Positions 62,129 to 64,000 of a stretch of 64,000 bases of DNA are shown one piece after another. The stretch covers positions 9,796,001 to 9,860,000 of the forward strand of contig CM102289.1 in assembly GCA_046563655.1 (NCBI GenBank), written 5' to 3'. The notes below the pieces were generated by a model. The model saw nothing but the letters and a program-made list of their open reading frames with translations. It searched no databases and was not told the DNA's origin. The stretch's first letter is position 1; each line of letters begins with the position of its first letter. The translations under genes were made by a program, and so were the position numbers. This stretch comes from Yuukianura sp. NJ FZ-2021. Taxonomy: Eukaryota.

Positions 62129-64000
62129 ATACGCATTCAGAGAGAAATTTTTTAAAGAATTTATTATTCTCTGTTAAGGCATAAATACGCATTCAGAGAG
62201 AAATTTTTTAAAGAATTTATTATTCTCTGTTAAGGCATAAATACGCATTCAGAGAGAAATTTTTTAAAGAATTTATTATTCTCTGTTAAGGCATAAATAC
62301 GCATTCAGAGAGAAATTTTTTAAAGAATTTATTATTCTCTGTTAAGGCATAAATACGCATTCAGAGAGAAATTTTTTAAAGAATTTATTATTCTCTGTTA
62401 AGGCATAAATACGCATTCAGAGAGAAATTTTTTAAAGAATTTATTATTCTCTGTTAAGGCATAAATACGCATTCAGAGAGAAATTTTTTAAAGAATTTAT
62501 TATTCTCTGTTAAGGCATAAATACGCATTCAGAGAGAAATTTTTTAAAGAATTTATTATTCTCTGTTAAGGCATAAATACGCATTCAGAGAGAAATTTTT
62601 TAAAGAATTTATTATTCTCTGTTAAGGCATAAATACGCATTCAGAGAGAAATTTTTTAAAGAATTTATTATTCTCTGTTAAGGCATAAATACGCATTCAG
62701 AGAGAAATTTTTTAAAGAATTTATTATTCTCTGTTAAGGCATAAATACGCATTCAGAGAGAAATTTTTTAAAGAATTTATTATTCTCTGTTAAGGCATAA
62801 ATACGCATTCAGAGAGAAATTTTTTAAAGAATTTATTATTCTCTGTTAAGGCATAAATACGCATTCAGAGAGAAATTTTTTAAAGAATTTATTATTCTCT
62901 GTTAAGGCATAAATACGCATTCAGAGAGAAATTTTTTAAAGAATTTATTATTCTCTGTTAAGGCATAAATACGCATTCAGAGAGAAATTTTTTAAAGAAT
63001 TTATTATTCTCTGTTAAGGCATAAATACGCATTCAGAGAGAAATTTTTTAAAGAATTTATTATTCTCTGTTAAGGCATAAATACGCATTCAGAGAAATTT
63101 TTTAAAGAATTTATTATTCTCTGTTAAGGCATAAATACGCATTCAGAGAGAAATTTTTTAAAGAATTTATTATTCTCTGTTAAGGCATAAATACGCATTC
63201 AGAGAGAAATTTTTTAAAGAATTTATTATTCTTTGTTAAGGCATAAATACGCATTCAGAGAGAAATTTTTTAAAGAATTTATTATTCTTTGTTAAGGCAT
63301 AAATACGCATTCAGAGAGAAATTTTTTAAAGAATTTATTATTCTCTGTTAAGGCATAAATACGCATTCAGAGAGAAATTTTTTAAAGAATTTATTATTCT
63401 CTGTTAAGGCATAAATACGCATTCAGAGAGAAATTTTTTAAAGAATTTATTATTCTCTGTTAAGGCATAAATACGCATTCAGAGAGAAATTTTTTAAAGA
63501 ATTTATTATTCTCTGTTAAGGCATAAATACGCATTCAGAGAGAAATTTTTTAAAGAATTTATTATTCTCTGTTAAGGCATAAATACGCATTCAGAGAGAA
63601 ATTTTTTAAAGAATTTATTATTCTCTGTTAAGGCATAAATACGCATTCAGAGAGAAATTTTTTAAAGAATTTATTATTCTCTGTTAAGGCATAAATACGC
63701 ATTCAGAGAGAAATTTTTTAAAGAATTTATTATTCTCTGTTAAGGCATAAATACGCATTCAGAGAGAAATTTTTTAAAGAATTTATTATTCTCTGTTAAG
63801 GCATAAATACGCATTCAGAGAGAAATTTTTTAAAGAATTTATTATTCTCTGTTAAGGCATAAATACGCATTCAGAGAGAAATTTTTTAAAGAATTTATTA
63901 TTCTCTGTTAAGGCATAAATACGCATTCAGAGAGAAATTTTTTAAAGAATTTATTATTCTCTGTTAAGGCATAAATACGCATTCAGAGAGAAATTTTTTA
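62129..64000. repeat. 56-bp satellite A, block 3 (~33 units, runs off window)
   Basis: Same unit; rare variants (2-bp GA deletion near 63093, CTTTGTT variant near 63232 and 63288). Confidence 0.98.

Noticed and set aside
58232..64000. CRISPR array reading of the repeats with spacer-like interruptions
   Set aside because: Units are head-to-tail with no regular unique spacers, context is spliced eukaryotic genes, and no cas genes are present.
55485..64000. Homology to the human FRG1-D4Z4 arrangement
   Set aside because: D4Z4 is a 3.3-kb GC-rich DUX4-coding unit; these are AT-rich 55/56-mers with no ORF, so any parallel is only analogy.
1..64000. tRNA, rRNA or autonomous transposase/RT genes
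   Set aside because: None recognisable by eye; tRNAscan-SE or Infernal would be needed to exclude small RNAs.

Overview
AT-rich, intron-containing animal DNA, probably arthropod (TTAGG/CCTAA runs, arthropod-type Pygopus and kon-tiki/CSPG4 sequences); it is not prokaryotic. I reconstructed seven spliced genes by hand, checking exon phase at each junction: a 5'-truncated CSPG4/NG2/kon-tiki gene (+, 58-25725, ends QYWV), a CIB2/3-like EF-hand gene (+), an R9AP/R7BP-family RGS anchor with a C-terminal TM helix (-), pygopus (+), a TTLL6/13-type tubulin polyglutamylase (-), GTPBP3/MnmE (+) and the first two coding exons of an FRG1-like gene (+). After the FRG1 exon-2 donor, ~7.7 kb to the window end is satellite DNA: ~105 near-identical 56-bp units, a nested ~17-copy 55-bp array, and three non-repeat interruptions, one with its own direct/inverted repeat module. 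CSPG4 introns hold several small non-autonomous elements (mariner-like, hAT-like, Helitron-like). Best leads: the composite satellite in the FRG1 intron, an FRG1 apparently lacking its basic N-terminus, a fly-like W-to-F change in the Pygopus PHD pocket, a TM-anchored R9AP-like protein in an invertebrate, and two inferred GC-AG introns. Family calls are from recalled motifs; no database search was run.
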